The translations under genes and the position numbers were made by a program. From NCBI GenBank assembly GCA_963728605.1, contig CAVSKS010000009.1, positions 397,447 to 461,446 of the forward strand: a DNA stretch of 64,000 bases, written 5' to 3'. Shown here piece by piece: positions 36,195 to 44,978 of this stretch. The notes under the pieces were generated by a model. That model saw only the letters and a list, made by a program, of their open reading frames with translations, was not told where the DNA came from and searched no databases. Source of the DNA: an uncultured Chloroflexia bacterium. GTDB taxonomy: Bacteria; Chloroflexota; Limnocylindria; Limnocylindrales; CSP1-4. Numbering within the stretch: position 1 is the stretch's first letter; each line of letters begins with the position of its first letter.

Positions 36195-37206
36195 CACCTT
36201 TTCCGCCAGCGGTGTTCGGGTGGAGCAGTCGGCGGCGACCGGGTCGGTCAAGTTCCAGAGCAAGGACCCCACCGGTCCCAACAGCATCCCGGTTGGGAGC
36301 CAGGTCGCGACGCCAAACGGGATCCGCTTCCGGACCACCGCCGCGATCACGATCCCGCCGGCGACGATCATCGGGCTGACGATCATCCCGGGCGAAGCGG
36401 AGGTGGGCATCCGGGCGGTGGCGGATGGGCCGGGCGGCAATGTCGAGGCCAACGCGATCACGGTCATTCCGCCGGATGAGGACCCGCTCTTCACGGTGGT
36501 CAGCAACCCTGAGCCGACGACCGGTGGCCGGCGCGAGGAGTTCCCGGTCGTCGTCCCGGCCGACGTCGACGCGGCGATCGAGCAGCTCACCCAGCAGCTG
36601 GGGACCGATTTCGCGGCCCGCATCGCCGATCCGGCCAGTGTGCCGGCGGGCAAGACGCTGTTCCCCGAGACGGCAAGCCTGGCCGACCCCGAACCCACCG
36701 TCGCCCCCGAATCGCTGATCGGCACGGAGGTCGCCACGTTCGACCTGGGCATGACGTCCTCCGGCACGGTGATCGCCGTCGACGAGAGCCCGCTCGAGGA
36801 GATCGCCCGGACCCGGATCCGCGGCCGTGTCGAAACCGGCCACCGCCTGCTGGACGACTCGATCGAGATTGGCCCGCCAACGGCGACCGTCGAGGGCGAG
36901 ATCGTCCGGTTCAGCCTGTCGGCCGAGGCGTCCCAGGTCCGGATCCTCGACGCCGCCGCGCTGCGGGCGCTGGTGAAGGGCAAGCCGATCGCCGAGGCGC
37001 GGAGCCTGCTCAGCCCGTTCGGCGAGGTCGAGATCAGCACCTGGCCCGACTGGGTGACGACGATCCCCACGATCGACGCGCGGTTCCAGCTGACCGTCGA
37101 CACCGATACCGAGACGCCGCCGCCTGCCACGTCGCCCAGCCCGCGGCCGTCGCCCCGCCTGTCGCCGGCGCCGTCCGCATCGCCGGCCGGGCCCTCGGCC
37201 TCGTGA
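35869..37206 (+). CDS. bitopic membrane protein with baseplate-J/gp47-like extracellular region (probably the C-terminal continuation of 35424)
   Basis: TM helix AAIVAAGVMAFVVVVGGAAAYLLL. Then GSVKFQSKD..IPVGSQVATPNGIRFRTT..GEAEVGIRAVADGPGGNVEANAI, which resembles the baseplate J core. Pro/Ser-rich tail. GTGA overlap with ruvX. Confidence 0.7.
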   Translation: MSPTPPAEPVTRPPRPSSAAIPVVRGRRRLPFGRTAAIVAAGVMAFVVVVGGAAAYLLLPSATVSVVAKPEPLGPIELVVVADPTIIEVDVTAGIVPSERLTFDVAVNDTFSASGVRVEQSAATGSVKFQSKDPTGPNSIPVGSQVATPNGIRFRTTAAITIPPATIIGLTIIPGEAEVGIRAVADGPGGNVEANAITVIPPDEDPLFTVVSNPEPTTGGRREEFPVVVPADVDAAIEQLTQQLGTDFAARIADPASVPAGKTLFPETASLADPEPTVAPESLIGTEVATFDLGMTSSGTVIAVDESPLEEIARTRIRGRVETGHRLLDDSIEIGPPTATVEGEIVRFSLSAEASQVRILDAAALRALVKGKPIAEARSLLSPFGEVEISTWPDWVTTIPTIDARFQLTVDTDTETPPPATSPSPRPSPRLSPAPSASPAGPSAS

Positions 37207-37724
37207 GCCGTCTCCTGGGCGTGGATCTGGGGGAGCGTCGGATCGGCCTCGCGGTGGCCGATGGCGACGGATCCCCGGCGCGACCGCTGGCCACGATCCG
37301 GCGGGGCCGCACCTTGGACGCCGATGCCGCCCAGCTTGGGCGGGTCATCGCGGAGCAGCGGATCACCGAGCTCGTCGTCGGCTTGCCGCTCCACGCCCAC
37401 GGTGACGAGGGCAGCCAGGCGGCCGCCAGCCGCGACTGGGCGGCGCAGGTCGGCGCGTTGCTGGGGCTTCCGGTCACGCTCCGCGACGAGCGACTGTCGA
37501 GCCATCTCGCCGAGGAACGTGTTGGGCCGATGAAGCGCGGCCGGTCCGGCGGACCGCCGACGGCGTCACAGCGCGAGGCGTACCGTGGCAGGATCGATCG
37601 CGAAGCGGCCGCCATCATCCTCCAGGACGAGCTTGATGCGCGGGCGTCGCATCGCGGCCCGGCGGAGGAGCCGGACGCGAACGCGCAGGGGGCCACCGAT
37701 GGGGGCTGGGAGAAGAGCGAATGA
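37203..37724 (+). CDS. ruvX: Holliday junction resolvase-like / pre-16S rRNA nuclease RuvX (YqgF)
   Basis: LLGVDLGERRIGLAVAD, ELVVGLPL, DERLSS. Confidence 0.9.
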   Translation: MSRLLGVDLGERRIGLAVADGDGSPARPLATIRRGRTLDADAAQLGRVIAEQRITELVVGLPLHAHGDEGSQAAASRDWAAQVGALLGLPVTLRDERLSSHLAEERVGPMKRGRSGGPPTASQREAYRGRIDREAAAIILQDELDARASHRGPAEEPDANAQGATDGGWEKSE

Positions 37725-39088
37725 CGGTTCGCGGAGGACGTGGTCCACGCGAAGAGCAGGCCCACCCGATGGAGCCCGGGAACTGGGACGCACCACGTCC
37801 CGAGTGGGAGACCCGGCGCGGCGCCAATGGCTACCGGAACGGCCGCGATGGCCGGAACGGCGGTGGTGGGGGGCTGGGGGGGTTCGTCAAGTTCCTGGTC
37901 TTCACCCTGATCCTGGCGGTGATCGTCCTCGGCCTGCTGCTGACCGTCCTTCGGCCGCTGCTCAGCTCGGCGATCATGGATTGGGCCTACAACAACCCCA
38001 GCGCCCTGCGGCTGCCGTTCGTGGCGGACCTCGTCCGCGAGAACCTCGGCGGCGCCTTGACGGAGCCCGCCAGCGCAGACGCGACCGAGGTCGAGTTCGA
38101 GATCATCGCCGGCGACCGGATCGATACGCTCGCCCCCCGCTTGGCGCGAGACGGGCTGATCGCCAACGAGCGGGCGTTCATCTTCCAGGCGACGCTGCGT
38201 GACCTGAACCCGAAGCTCAAGGCCGGCAACTTTCACATCGGCCGCAATTTGACGCCGGACCAGGTCGTCACCGCGCTGATCGAGAACGAGATTGTCATCG
38301 TCGTAACGCCGATCACGTTCCGCGAGAGCCTGCGCCTGGAGCAGATGACGGCCAAGATCCAGCTGGACCAGCCGGCGAACATCGACGCCCGTGAGTTCTA
38401 CGACCTCGTCAAGAACCCACCGGAGACGCTCCTTGCCGACTACCCCTGGCTGGCCGAAGCCGGCCTGCCCGAAGGCGCCTCGCTCGAGGGCTTCCTGGCC
38501 GCGGCAACCTACGACCTGCTGCCGGAGACCACCGAGGAAGACTTGGTTCGGATGATGCTCGACCAGTTCCACGACACAGTCGGCGAGGAGCGGATGGCCG
38601 TCCCGGAGGCGCGGGGAATGACGTTCTACGACATCCTCAAGCTCGGCTCGATCGTGGAACGCGAGGCGGTCGTTGACGAGGAGCGGCCGATGATCGCCGG
38701 CGTCTACCAGAACCGGCTGACGCGGGGCGGTTCGTGGCTCCTCCTGTCGGCGGACCCGACGGTGTTCTACGGGGTCGACACGGTTCGGCTCGACGAGATC
38801 GGCTTCGAGAACTGGTACACGTACAGCTTCTGGGGTGTGCCGGAAGAGCCTCTCAACCAGATCGTGTTGCCGGGCGAGCTCGCAGGCTACAACTCGTACA
38901 CCCAGCGCGGGTTGCCGCCCGGGCCGATCTGCACGCCGAGCCTGTCATCGATTGACGCGGCGCTCGAGCCGGACATTGCAGAGGACTACCTGTTCTTCCT
39001 GGCTCGGCCCGATGGCAGCGGGACCCATGTCTTCTCGAAGACCCAGGCCGAGCACGACCAGTGGCGTCGGGAGTTCGGCTACCTGTGA
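37721..39088 (+). CDS. mltG: endolytic murein transglycosylase MltG (YceG)
   Basis: ATGA overlap with ruvX. N-terminal TM helix. LKAGNFHIG, LEGFLAAATY, ILKLGSIVEREA, AGVYQNRL, NSYTQRGLPPGPICTPS. Confidence 0.9.
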   Translation: MTVRGGRGPREEQAHPMEPGNWDAPRPEWETRRGANGYRNGRDGRNGGGGGLGGFVKFLVFTLILAVIVLGLLLTVLRPLLSSAIMDWAYNNPSALRLPFVADLVRENLGGALTEPASADATEVEFEIIAGDRIDTLAPRLARDGLIANERAFIFQATLRDLNPKLKAGNFHIGRNLTPDQVVTALIENEIVIVVTPITFRESLRLEQMTAKIQLDQPANIDAREFYDLVKNPPETLLADYPWLAEAGLPEGASLEGFLAAATYDLLPETTEEDLVRMMLDQFHDTVGEERMAVPEARGMTFYDILKLGSIVEREAVVDEERPMIAGVYQNRLTRGGSWLLLSADPTVFYGVDTVRLDEIGFENWYTYSFWGVPEEPLNQIVLPGELAGYNSYTQRGLPPGPICTPSLSSIDAALEPDIAEDYLFFLARPDGSGTHVFSKTQAEHDQWRREFGYL

Positions 39089-40306
39089 GCCGCGACCCGT
39101 CCTGGCCGTCGCCGGCGGACTTCGCGGCGCCCCCGACGGCCGCCGATCTCGCCCGCTGGGCGGAGGCCGACCGGGTGGCGCGGCCACGGCGCCTCGAGCG
39201 GTTGCGGGCGCGGTTCGCGGCCGCGGACGTGGACGCCTACTTCGGGCTGCGGATCGAGCACATGCGCTACTTGACCGGTTTCACGATCGGGCCGACCGAA
39301 GGCGCCGGGGATTTCGGGAAAGTTTCTCGTCAATGCCGAGGAGGTCGTCATCCTCGCCGACAGCCGGTACACGATCCAGGTCCGGGAACAGGCGCCGGAG
39401 GCGCGGGCCGAGGCCGCCTACAACAACCTCACGGAACGGTGGCCGGAGCTGCTCGCATCCCTTGGCGCCCGCCGCGTCGCCGTCGAGGCCGAAGTCATGA
39501 CCCACGCCGCGTGGACCCGCCTGGCCGAGGCAGCTCCGGACGTCGAGTTGGTCCCGGTCGATGGCTGGGTCGAGTCGGATCGGGCAGTCAAGGAGCCGGA
39601 GGAGCTCGAGCGGATCGCGGCGGCCTGTGCGGTCGCGGACCGAGCCCTCACGGCGTTGCTACCCAGGATCGTTCCCGGAGCCAGGGAAACGGACCTTGCG
39701 CTCGAGCTCGAATGGCTCATGCGATCGAACGGCGCAGAAGCGCTCGCATTCGAGGTCGCGTGCCTGGGCGGTCCGCGGGCCGCACTACCACACGGCGCGC
39801 CGGGTGATCGGGAGCTGGTCCCGGGCCAGGTCGTGCTGTTCGATTTCGGTGCCCAGGTCGCGGGCTACCGGAGCGACATGACCCGGACCCTGTTCGTGAG
39901 CGACCCGACACCGCGCGACCGGCTCGTCTACGACGTCGTGGCCAGGGCCCAGCGGGCCGCCATCGACCTGCTCGAGGCGCGTCTCGCGGAAGGCGTGGAC
40001 CTGCCGGCCGGTCGGGAGGTCGACGCCACCGCCCGGGCGGTCATCGAGGAGCACGGGATGTGGCAGCCGTACGCCCACGGCCTGGGCCACGGGATCGGCC
40101 TGGCGACGCACGAGCGTCCGACGCTCGGCCGGAAGTCGACGGAAGATCCGCTGCCCAGCCCGACCGTCTTCTCGGTCGAGCCCGGCATCTACCTCGAGGA
40201 CGAGGTCGGGGTCCGGATCGAGGACCTCGTCTCGATCGACGCCGCCGCCGGTCGCCTGGAGTTCCTGACCCGGTTCCCGCGCGGAGTCGTCGTCGTCGGC
40301 CGATGA
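39085..40306 (+). pseudogene. Xaa-Pro aminopeptidase (M24B, PepP/PepQ-like) interrupted by an apparent 1-nt frameshift near 39307-39322 (true pseudogene or assembly indel)
   Basis: GTGA overlap with mltG. The N-domain frame (..HMRYLTGFTIGPTEGAGDFGK) loses sense after 39322. The homologous continuation (FLVNAEEVVILADSRYTIQ...HGLGHGIGLATHE..VEPGIY..GVRIED) is in the +1 frame, which is open only after the stop at 39272-39274. Confidence 0.75.
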
Positions 40307-40347
40307 CCGATCCGACGCCGCTGATCGGACCGCGCGAGTCGCTCGGC

Positions 40348-40353
40348 TAGAAT
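40348..40353 (+). promoter_or_regulatory. -10-like TAGAAT upstream of efp (leadered; SD AAGGAG at 40368-40373)
   Basis: TAGRRT-type hexamer 30 nt upstream of ATG 40384. Confidence 0.35.
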
Positions 40354-40383
40354 TCCCGGCGACCTCAAGGAGCACACCACCCG

Positions 40384-40941
40384 ATGATCAGCACCGGAGA
40401 ACTGCGCAAGGGCGTCGCCATCGAGCTTGACGGCGACCTGTGGCAGATCCTCGACTACCACCACATCAAGATGGGCCGCGGGTCGGCCCAGGTCCGGATC
40501 ACGCTTCGCAACATCAAGCGCGGTCAGACGATCGAGCGCTCGTTCCAGGCGGGAACGAAGTGGCCGCGGGCGTCGATGGAGAAGCGGCCCGTGCAGTTCC
40601 TGTACCGCGACGATAACGACTTCCACTTCATGGACAACGACACCTACGACCAGTTCGTGCTCACGGCCGAGCAGCTGGGCGAGACCGGCCAGTACATGAA
40701 GGACGGGATGACGCTGGACCGGACGAGCTACCAGGGCGAGACGATCGGCGTCGAGCTGCCGGTGACGGTCGACCTGCGGGTGGTCGAGACCGAGCCCGGC
40801 TTCGCCGGCGATACGCAGTCGGGCGCCCGAAAGCCGGCGACCACCGAGACGGGCCTCGTGGTCCAGGTCCCGATCTTCGTCGACGTCGGTGACTCGATCC
40901 GGGTCGACACGCGGACGGGGGAGTACCAGACCCGGGTCTGA
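40384..40941 (+). CDS. efp: elongation factor P
   Basis: ISTGELRKGVAIELDGDLWQILDYHHIKMGRGSAQVR..., three OB-like domains. Confidence 0.95.
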   Translation: MISTGELRKGVAIELDGDLWQILDYHHIKMGRGSAQVRITLRNIKRGQTIERSFQAGTKWPRASMEKRPVQFLYRDDNDFHFMDNDTYDQFVLTAEQLGETGQYMKDGMTLDRTSYQGETIGVELPVTVDLRVVETEPGFAGDTQSGARKPATTETGLVVQVPIFVDVGDSIRVDTRTGEYQTRV

Positions 40942-41471
40942 TGGCTGGCCGCGGTGGGATCGAGGCGCTGCTCGACCTCATGGAGGAGGCCTACCGCGGT
41001 GCCGGGATCGAGGAATCCGACGAGAGCCAGGCGCTGCTGAACAACCTGTCGTCCGTTCCCGAAGCTTGGTGGCAGGCACTGCCTTCGGGTGTCGTGCGCT
41101 CGATCGGGTCGATCGCCCTTCATGTGGCGTCGTGCAAGGTGATGTACGACGACTACGCGTTCGGCTCCGGGACGCTGGAATGGGGGACGGCCGCGGTCGA
41201 ACCCTGGCCCGACGACGACGTGCCGCCCGCCGAGCTCCTCCCGTGGCTCGAGGCAGCGCATTCACGACTCGTGTCGCACGTTCGCGAGCTCACCGATGAC
41301 GCGGAGCTGGACCGCCCGCGCCTGACGAACTGGGGCGAGGAGCGCCCGACCCGCTGGATCCTCGCCGCGATGATCACCCACGACGCCTACCACGCCGGCG
41401 AGATCAACCACATCCGAAGCCTCCTGGACGGCGACGACCGCTGGCGCTACGTCCAGCAAGGGTTCGGCTGA
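40941..41471 (+). CDS. DinB-family (DinB_2) metal-dependent four-helix-bundle protein
   Basis: TGATG overlap with efp. HVASCKVMY..., THDAYHAGEINHIRSL. Confidence 0.7.
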   Translation: MAGRGGIEALLDLMEEAYRGAGIEESDESQALLNNLSSVPEAWWQALPSGVVRSIGSIALHVASCKVMYDDYAFGSGTLEWGTAAVEPWPDDDVPPAELLPWLEAAHSRLVSHVRELTDDAELDRPRLTNWGEERPTRWILAAMITHDAYHAGEINHIRSLLDGDDRWRYVQQGFG

Positions 41472-41520
41472 GGACACGTCCCGTGACGATCGGAAGGCAG
41501 GGAACGCGATGGGACTAGCA

Positions 41521-41616
41521 CTTCGTTCGTCGATCGGAACCCCAAGGGTTCCATGCAGCCGATGGAGCCAACAGGACGGCGCTCCATTCGTCGTTTGGAA
41601 CCAGTGAGGTTCCATG
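41521..41616 (+). repeat. two copies of TTCGTCG..GGAACC-N5-GGTTCC-ATG (palindromes at 41536-41552 and 41597-41613) upstream of xseA
   Basis: Direct inspection: GGAACCccaagGGTTCCatg and GGAACCagtgaGGTTCCatg, 61 nt apart, with related 5' flanks. Confidence 0.6.
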
Positions 41617-41652
41617 ACGGACCACGGGTGGCACCGGGCTACCATCTCCCGT

Positions 41653-43032
41653 ATGAGCCAGCGCGAGCTCCTGCCGGGTTGGGACGCGACGCCCGAGTCG
41701 CCCCCCGCTCCGCCGCGCACGCCGGGCACGTTCGGACTGCGGATTTTCGCCGTCAGCGACGTCACCCGGGCGATCAAGGACGCCGTCCGGGCCCAGGAGG
41801 GCCTCCGCGACCTGTGGGTCGAGGGCGAGGTCGGCCGGGTCACGGTCTCGAGCGCCGGGCACGCCTATTTCGCGCTCAAGGACGAGAAGAGCCAGCTCCA
41901 GTGCGTGTGGTTCCGCGATGACCGGCTGCGGAGCGCCTTCGAGCCCCAGGCCGGGCTCCGGATCGTCGTCCACGGCCGGATCGACCTGTTCGAGCCGCAG
42001 GGCGCGCTGCAGCTGTACGTCGAGTCGATCCAGCCAGCCGGGTTCGGTGACCTGGCGCTGCGGTTCGAGGCGCTCAAGGCCCGCCTCAGCGCCGAGGGCC
42101 TGTTCGACACGGCGCGAAAACGGCCCCTCCCGACCAGACCCCGAACGATCGGCGTCGTCACCAGCCCGACCGGCGCCGTGTGGCGCGATATCTGCCACGT
42201 CCTCGGCCGCCGCTGGCCGCTGGCCCGCGTCGTCCTCGTCGCGGCCCAGGTCCAGGGCGAGGATGCGCCTCGGAGCATCGTCCAGGGACTCCGGCGGCTG
42301 GAGAGATACCGCGAGGAATGCCTCACCCAGGGTCGTCCCGACGACGCCCCGGCCGTCACGATCCTGGCCCGCGGCGGCGGTTCGCTCGAGGACCTGTGGG
42401 CGTTCAACGATGAGCGCGTCGTTCGGGCGGTCGTCGCCCATGCCGTGCCAGTGGTCTGCGGCGTTGGCCACGAGGTGGACGTCACCCTGGCCGACTTCGC
42501 CGCTGACGTCCGTGCCCCTACGCCGTCCGCGGCCGCCGAGATCATCGTCCCCGATCGCGCCGAGTTCGCCGCCTCGCTCCGTCGCGCCGCGGCCCGCCTC
42601 CAGGCCGCCACGGATCGCCAGCTCCAGGCGGCGGCCAGGGAGCTCGCGGCTGAGCGCCGGGCCCTGGACCGGGTGAGCCCGCTGGCACGCCTCGTGGTGG
42701 CGCGCGAGCAGGCCGGACTGCTATTCGAACGCGCGACCCGCGCGGTGACGGACCGCCTGGCCACCAGTCGCCGACCCCTCGACCGGGCAGCCGAAGCGCT
42801 GCCCCGCCTAGCCACCGGGCGCCTCGCCGCCGCGCGTGCCGCCGTTGACGCCTCGGCCGCGGCGCTGGCCGTGCTCGGCCCGCAGCAGACGCTCGATCGG
42901 GGCTACGCCATCGTCAGGCGCGCCGCCGACGGGGGGATCGTCCGCGACCCGGGCGAGGCACCTCCGGGCACCCGGCTCAACGTCCGGGTGGCTCGCGGCG
43001 AGGTCCCGGCGACCGTCGACCCGGATGGCTGA
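41653..43032 (+). CDS. xseA: exodeoxyribonuclease VII large subunit
   Basis: FAVSDVTRAIKDAV..LWVEGEVGRV..SAGHAYFALKDE, GVVTSPTGAV, ILARGGGSLEDLW.FNDE. ATG 41614 is an alternative start. Confidence 0.9.
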   Translation: MSQRELLPGWDATPESPPAPPRTPGTFGLRIFAVSDVTRAIKDAVRAQEGLRDLWVEGEVGRVTVSSAGHAYFALKDEKSQLQCVWFRDDRLRSAFEPQAGLRIVVHGRIDLFEPQGALQLYVESIQPAGFGDLALRFEALKARLSAEGLFDTARKRPLPTRPRTIGVVTSPTGAVWRDICHVLGRRWPLARVVLVAAQVQGEDAPRSIVQGLRRLERYREECLTQGRPDDAPAVTILARGGGSLEDLWAFNDERVVRAVVAHAVPVVCGVGHEVDVTLADFAADVRAPTPSAAAEIIVPDRAEFAASLRRAAARLQAATDRQLQAAARELAAERRALDRVSPLARLVVAREQAGLLFERATRAVTDRLATSRRPLDRAAEALPRLATGRLAAARAAVDASAAALAVLGPQQTLDRGYAIVRRAADGGIVRDPGEAPPGTRLNVRVARGEVPATVDPDG

Positions 43033-43139
43033 GCTCGTCCTGCTGGCGCTCGGCGTGTCGGCGATCGCGGCCGTCGGGATCGTGCTTGGTAGACTCGTGG
43101 CTCCGGCCGTCGGCCGCATGGCAGGCCGGGAAGACGAGG

Positions 43140-43427
43140 ATGCAGGTGACGACCGAACCGCTGACCGCTGAGCCTAGGATCGACGACCTCGGCTTCGACG
43201 AGGCGCTCGACGAGCTAAAGCGGACGGTGTCGGAGCTCGAGGCCGGCGGTCAGCCGCTCGAAACCGCGCTGGCCCGTCACGAACGGGCCGCGGCCCTCCT
43301 CCAGCACTGCGAGCGGCTCCTCGACGCCGCCCAGCTGCGGGTCAGCCAGCTCGTCAGCCAGGCGGGCGCGCTCCGGTCGGTCGACGTCAAGCCCGAGGAC
43401 GCCGAGGAAGCGCCCTCCACCGACTGA
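43140..43427 (+). CDS. xseB: exodeoxyribonuclease VII small subunit
   Basis: FDEALDELKRTVSELEAGGQPLETALARHERAAALLQHCERLLDAAQLRV. SD GACGAGGA precedes the ATG. Confidence 0.85.
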   Translation: MQVTTEPLTAEPRIDDLGFDEALDELKRTVSELEAGGQPLETALARHERAAALLQHCERLLDAAQLRVSQLVSQAGALRSVDVKPEDAEEAPSTD

Positions 43428-43438
43428 CCGACAGCCCG

Positions 43439-44839
43439 TCAGTCGCGCGCTGGCGGGATGTTCAGGTTGAACCGGAAGACGTTGTCCGGGTCGTAGCGGG
43501 CCTTGATGCGCCGGAGCCGTTCGAAGCGCTCCGGGCCGAAGGCCGCCCGAACCCGCTCCGCGGTCTCGTCGACCGGCGAGTAGTTGCCGTAGCCGGCGCC
43601 GGTCAGTGACGACGCCGCCAGTTCGTTGGTCACGCCCCGAGCCCAGCCGATCTGCCGTTCGTCGTCGGCCGCGTCCTCCCAGATCGCGAGCGCGCTCACG
43701 TTCCAGCGCGCCTCCCGCTGGCCGAACGCGGCTCCACCATCGGGCTCGCGACGACCTCGCCCGGAGATCGACTCGAGGAGCAGGAACGAGACCTCGCCCG
43801 GCGCTGTCGTCATCCCCCGGACCACCGCGTCGATCGCGGGTCCATCGAGGTCGCGAACGAAGTGGCCCTTCCAGTAGTTGCGCAGGCCGAACGGCATCAG
43901 GCCACTGATCGCCTGCAGCTCGGGATACGTGATCGGTCCGATCCGGCCCGACAGGTTCGGCAAGGAACGCATTGGCGCCAGGGCGGCCTCCGCATCGGCC
44001 AGCGAGCCGTGATAGACGCCGAACAGGCGGACGTGCTCTTTCGGCCCCGCGGGCACGCCATCGACCGTCCGTTCTTCGGTGGTTGGGCCAACGAGCATGA
44101 AGGTCAGTTCATCGGGCGCCTCGCGGACCACCGCCGCGACCGCTGCGATCCCTGCCGTGGCATCGGCGAGCGGAACGGCGAAGCCGGCAGCGTGGATCGG
44201 TCCCAGCGGGTGGAGCGAGAACACGAACTCGGTAACCACGCCGAAGTTGCCGCCGCCGCCGCGCAGCGCCCACAGGAGGTCCGGATCGCCGCCGGCGCTC
44301 GCAGCGACGACCGAGCCATCGGCCGTGACAACCGTCGCCCCGACCAGGTTGTCGCAGGTCAGCCCGCCGGTACCCATCAGGAAGCCGATGCCGCCGGAGA
44401 GCGTCAAGCCACCGATCCCGGTGTCCACGAACGTGCCACCCGGCACGTACAGGGAGTGGGGGACCGTTGCCCCGTCGACGTCCTCCCATAGCGAGCCGCC
44501 GCCGGCCCGGGCGATCCGCGCGTCCGGGTCCACGATCACGTCGCGCATGCCGCGGAGGTCGACCACGAGGGCGCCGTCGGCGATGCTGTGGCCGGCGACG
44601 CTGTGACCGCCGCCGCGAACCGCGATCGGCAGCCCGGCCGCCCGCGCCGCCCGGACCGCCGCGACCACGTCGTCGAGCGAGCGGCACATCGCGATGGCCG
44701 CAGGGCGGCGATCGAGCATGCCATTGAACGACGTTCGCGCCCCGTCGTATCCGGGATCGGTCGGGCGGATCAGCTCACCGCTGAATTCGAGCGGCTCCAG
44801 CGAGTCGGCAATTGCCACGAACGGACCCTCCTCCGTCAC
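43439..44839 (-). CDS. FAD-linked oxidase (FAD_binding_4 plus BBE-like C-terminus)
   Basis: PIAVRGGGHSVAGHS, GGIGFLMG, C-terminal YDPDNVFRFNLNIPP. GTG start. Confidence 0.85.
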   Translation of the reverse strand: MTEEGPFVAIADSLEPLEFSGELIRPTDPGYDGARTSFNGMLDRRPAAIAMCRSLDDVVAAVRAARAAGLPIAVRGGGHSVAGHSIADGALVVDLRGMRDVIVDPDARIARAGGGSLWEDVDGATVPHSLYVPGGTFVDTGIGGLTLSGGIGFLMGTGGLTCDNLVGATVVTADGSVVAASAGGDPDLLWALRGGGGNFGVVTEFVFSLHPLGPIHAAGFAVPLADATAGIAAVAAVVREAPDELTFMLVGPTTEERTVDGVPAGPKEHVRLFGVYHGSLADAEAALAPMRSLPNLSGRIGPITYPELQAISGLMPFGLRNYWKGHFVRDLDGPAIDAVVRGMTTAPGEVSFLLLESISGRGRREPDGGAAFGQREARWNVSALAIWEDAADDERQIGWARGVTNELAASSLTGAGYGNYSPVDETAERVRAAFGPERFERLRRIKARYDPDNVFRFNLNIPPARD

Positions 44840-44942
44840 ACGATAAGGACGTCGCCCGTGTCACCACCGTCGACGCCTTGCAGAAACCTGCTCCCGCGTG
44901 GTATCAATAATCTAAGCGGACCGCCACGTCGGCCGGCCGCGC

Positions 44943-44948
44943 TAGACT
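44943..44948 (+). promoter_or_regulatory. -10-like TAGACT upstream of dxs (leadered; SD GAGGAG at 44962-44967)
   Basis: Same gcTAGACT context as upstream of relA and hisS. Confidence 0.35.
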
Positions 44949-44978
44949 CGCCGGGACTTCAGAGGAGTCTCCACCACC

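Noticed and set aside
35869-37206. Baseplate-J-like protein as a prophage or tailocin remnant
   Set aside because: There are no other phage structural, lysis or integrase genes nearby. The gene is translationally coupled to ruvX and an FtsA-like gene within a core operon, and it has a TM anchor rather than a phage baseplate architecture.
41536-41613. The two palindromes as canonical LexA (Cheo) boxes
   Set aside because: The spacing is GAAC-N7-GTTC rather than GAAC-N4-GTTC, so they do not fit the known Gram-positive SOS box. They are kept only as an unexplained motif in the findings.
43025-43171. 48-aa hydrophobic ORF (MAELVLLALGVSAIAAVGIVLGRLVAP...) bridging xseA and xseB
   Set aside because: It overlaps both the xseA stop and the xseB start and has no SD or homology support. 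It is probably fortuitous, although a small membrane peptide cannot be excluded.
44878-44908. Sigma70-like TTGCAG-N18-tgGTATCAAt promoter for dxs
   Set aside because: It is plausible by E. coli rules. However, the recurring gcTAGACT element at 44943-48 (also seen upstream of relA and hisS) is a better lineage-specific candidate. The two cannot be distinguished without TSS data.
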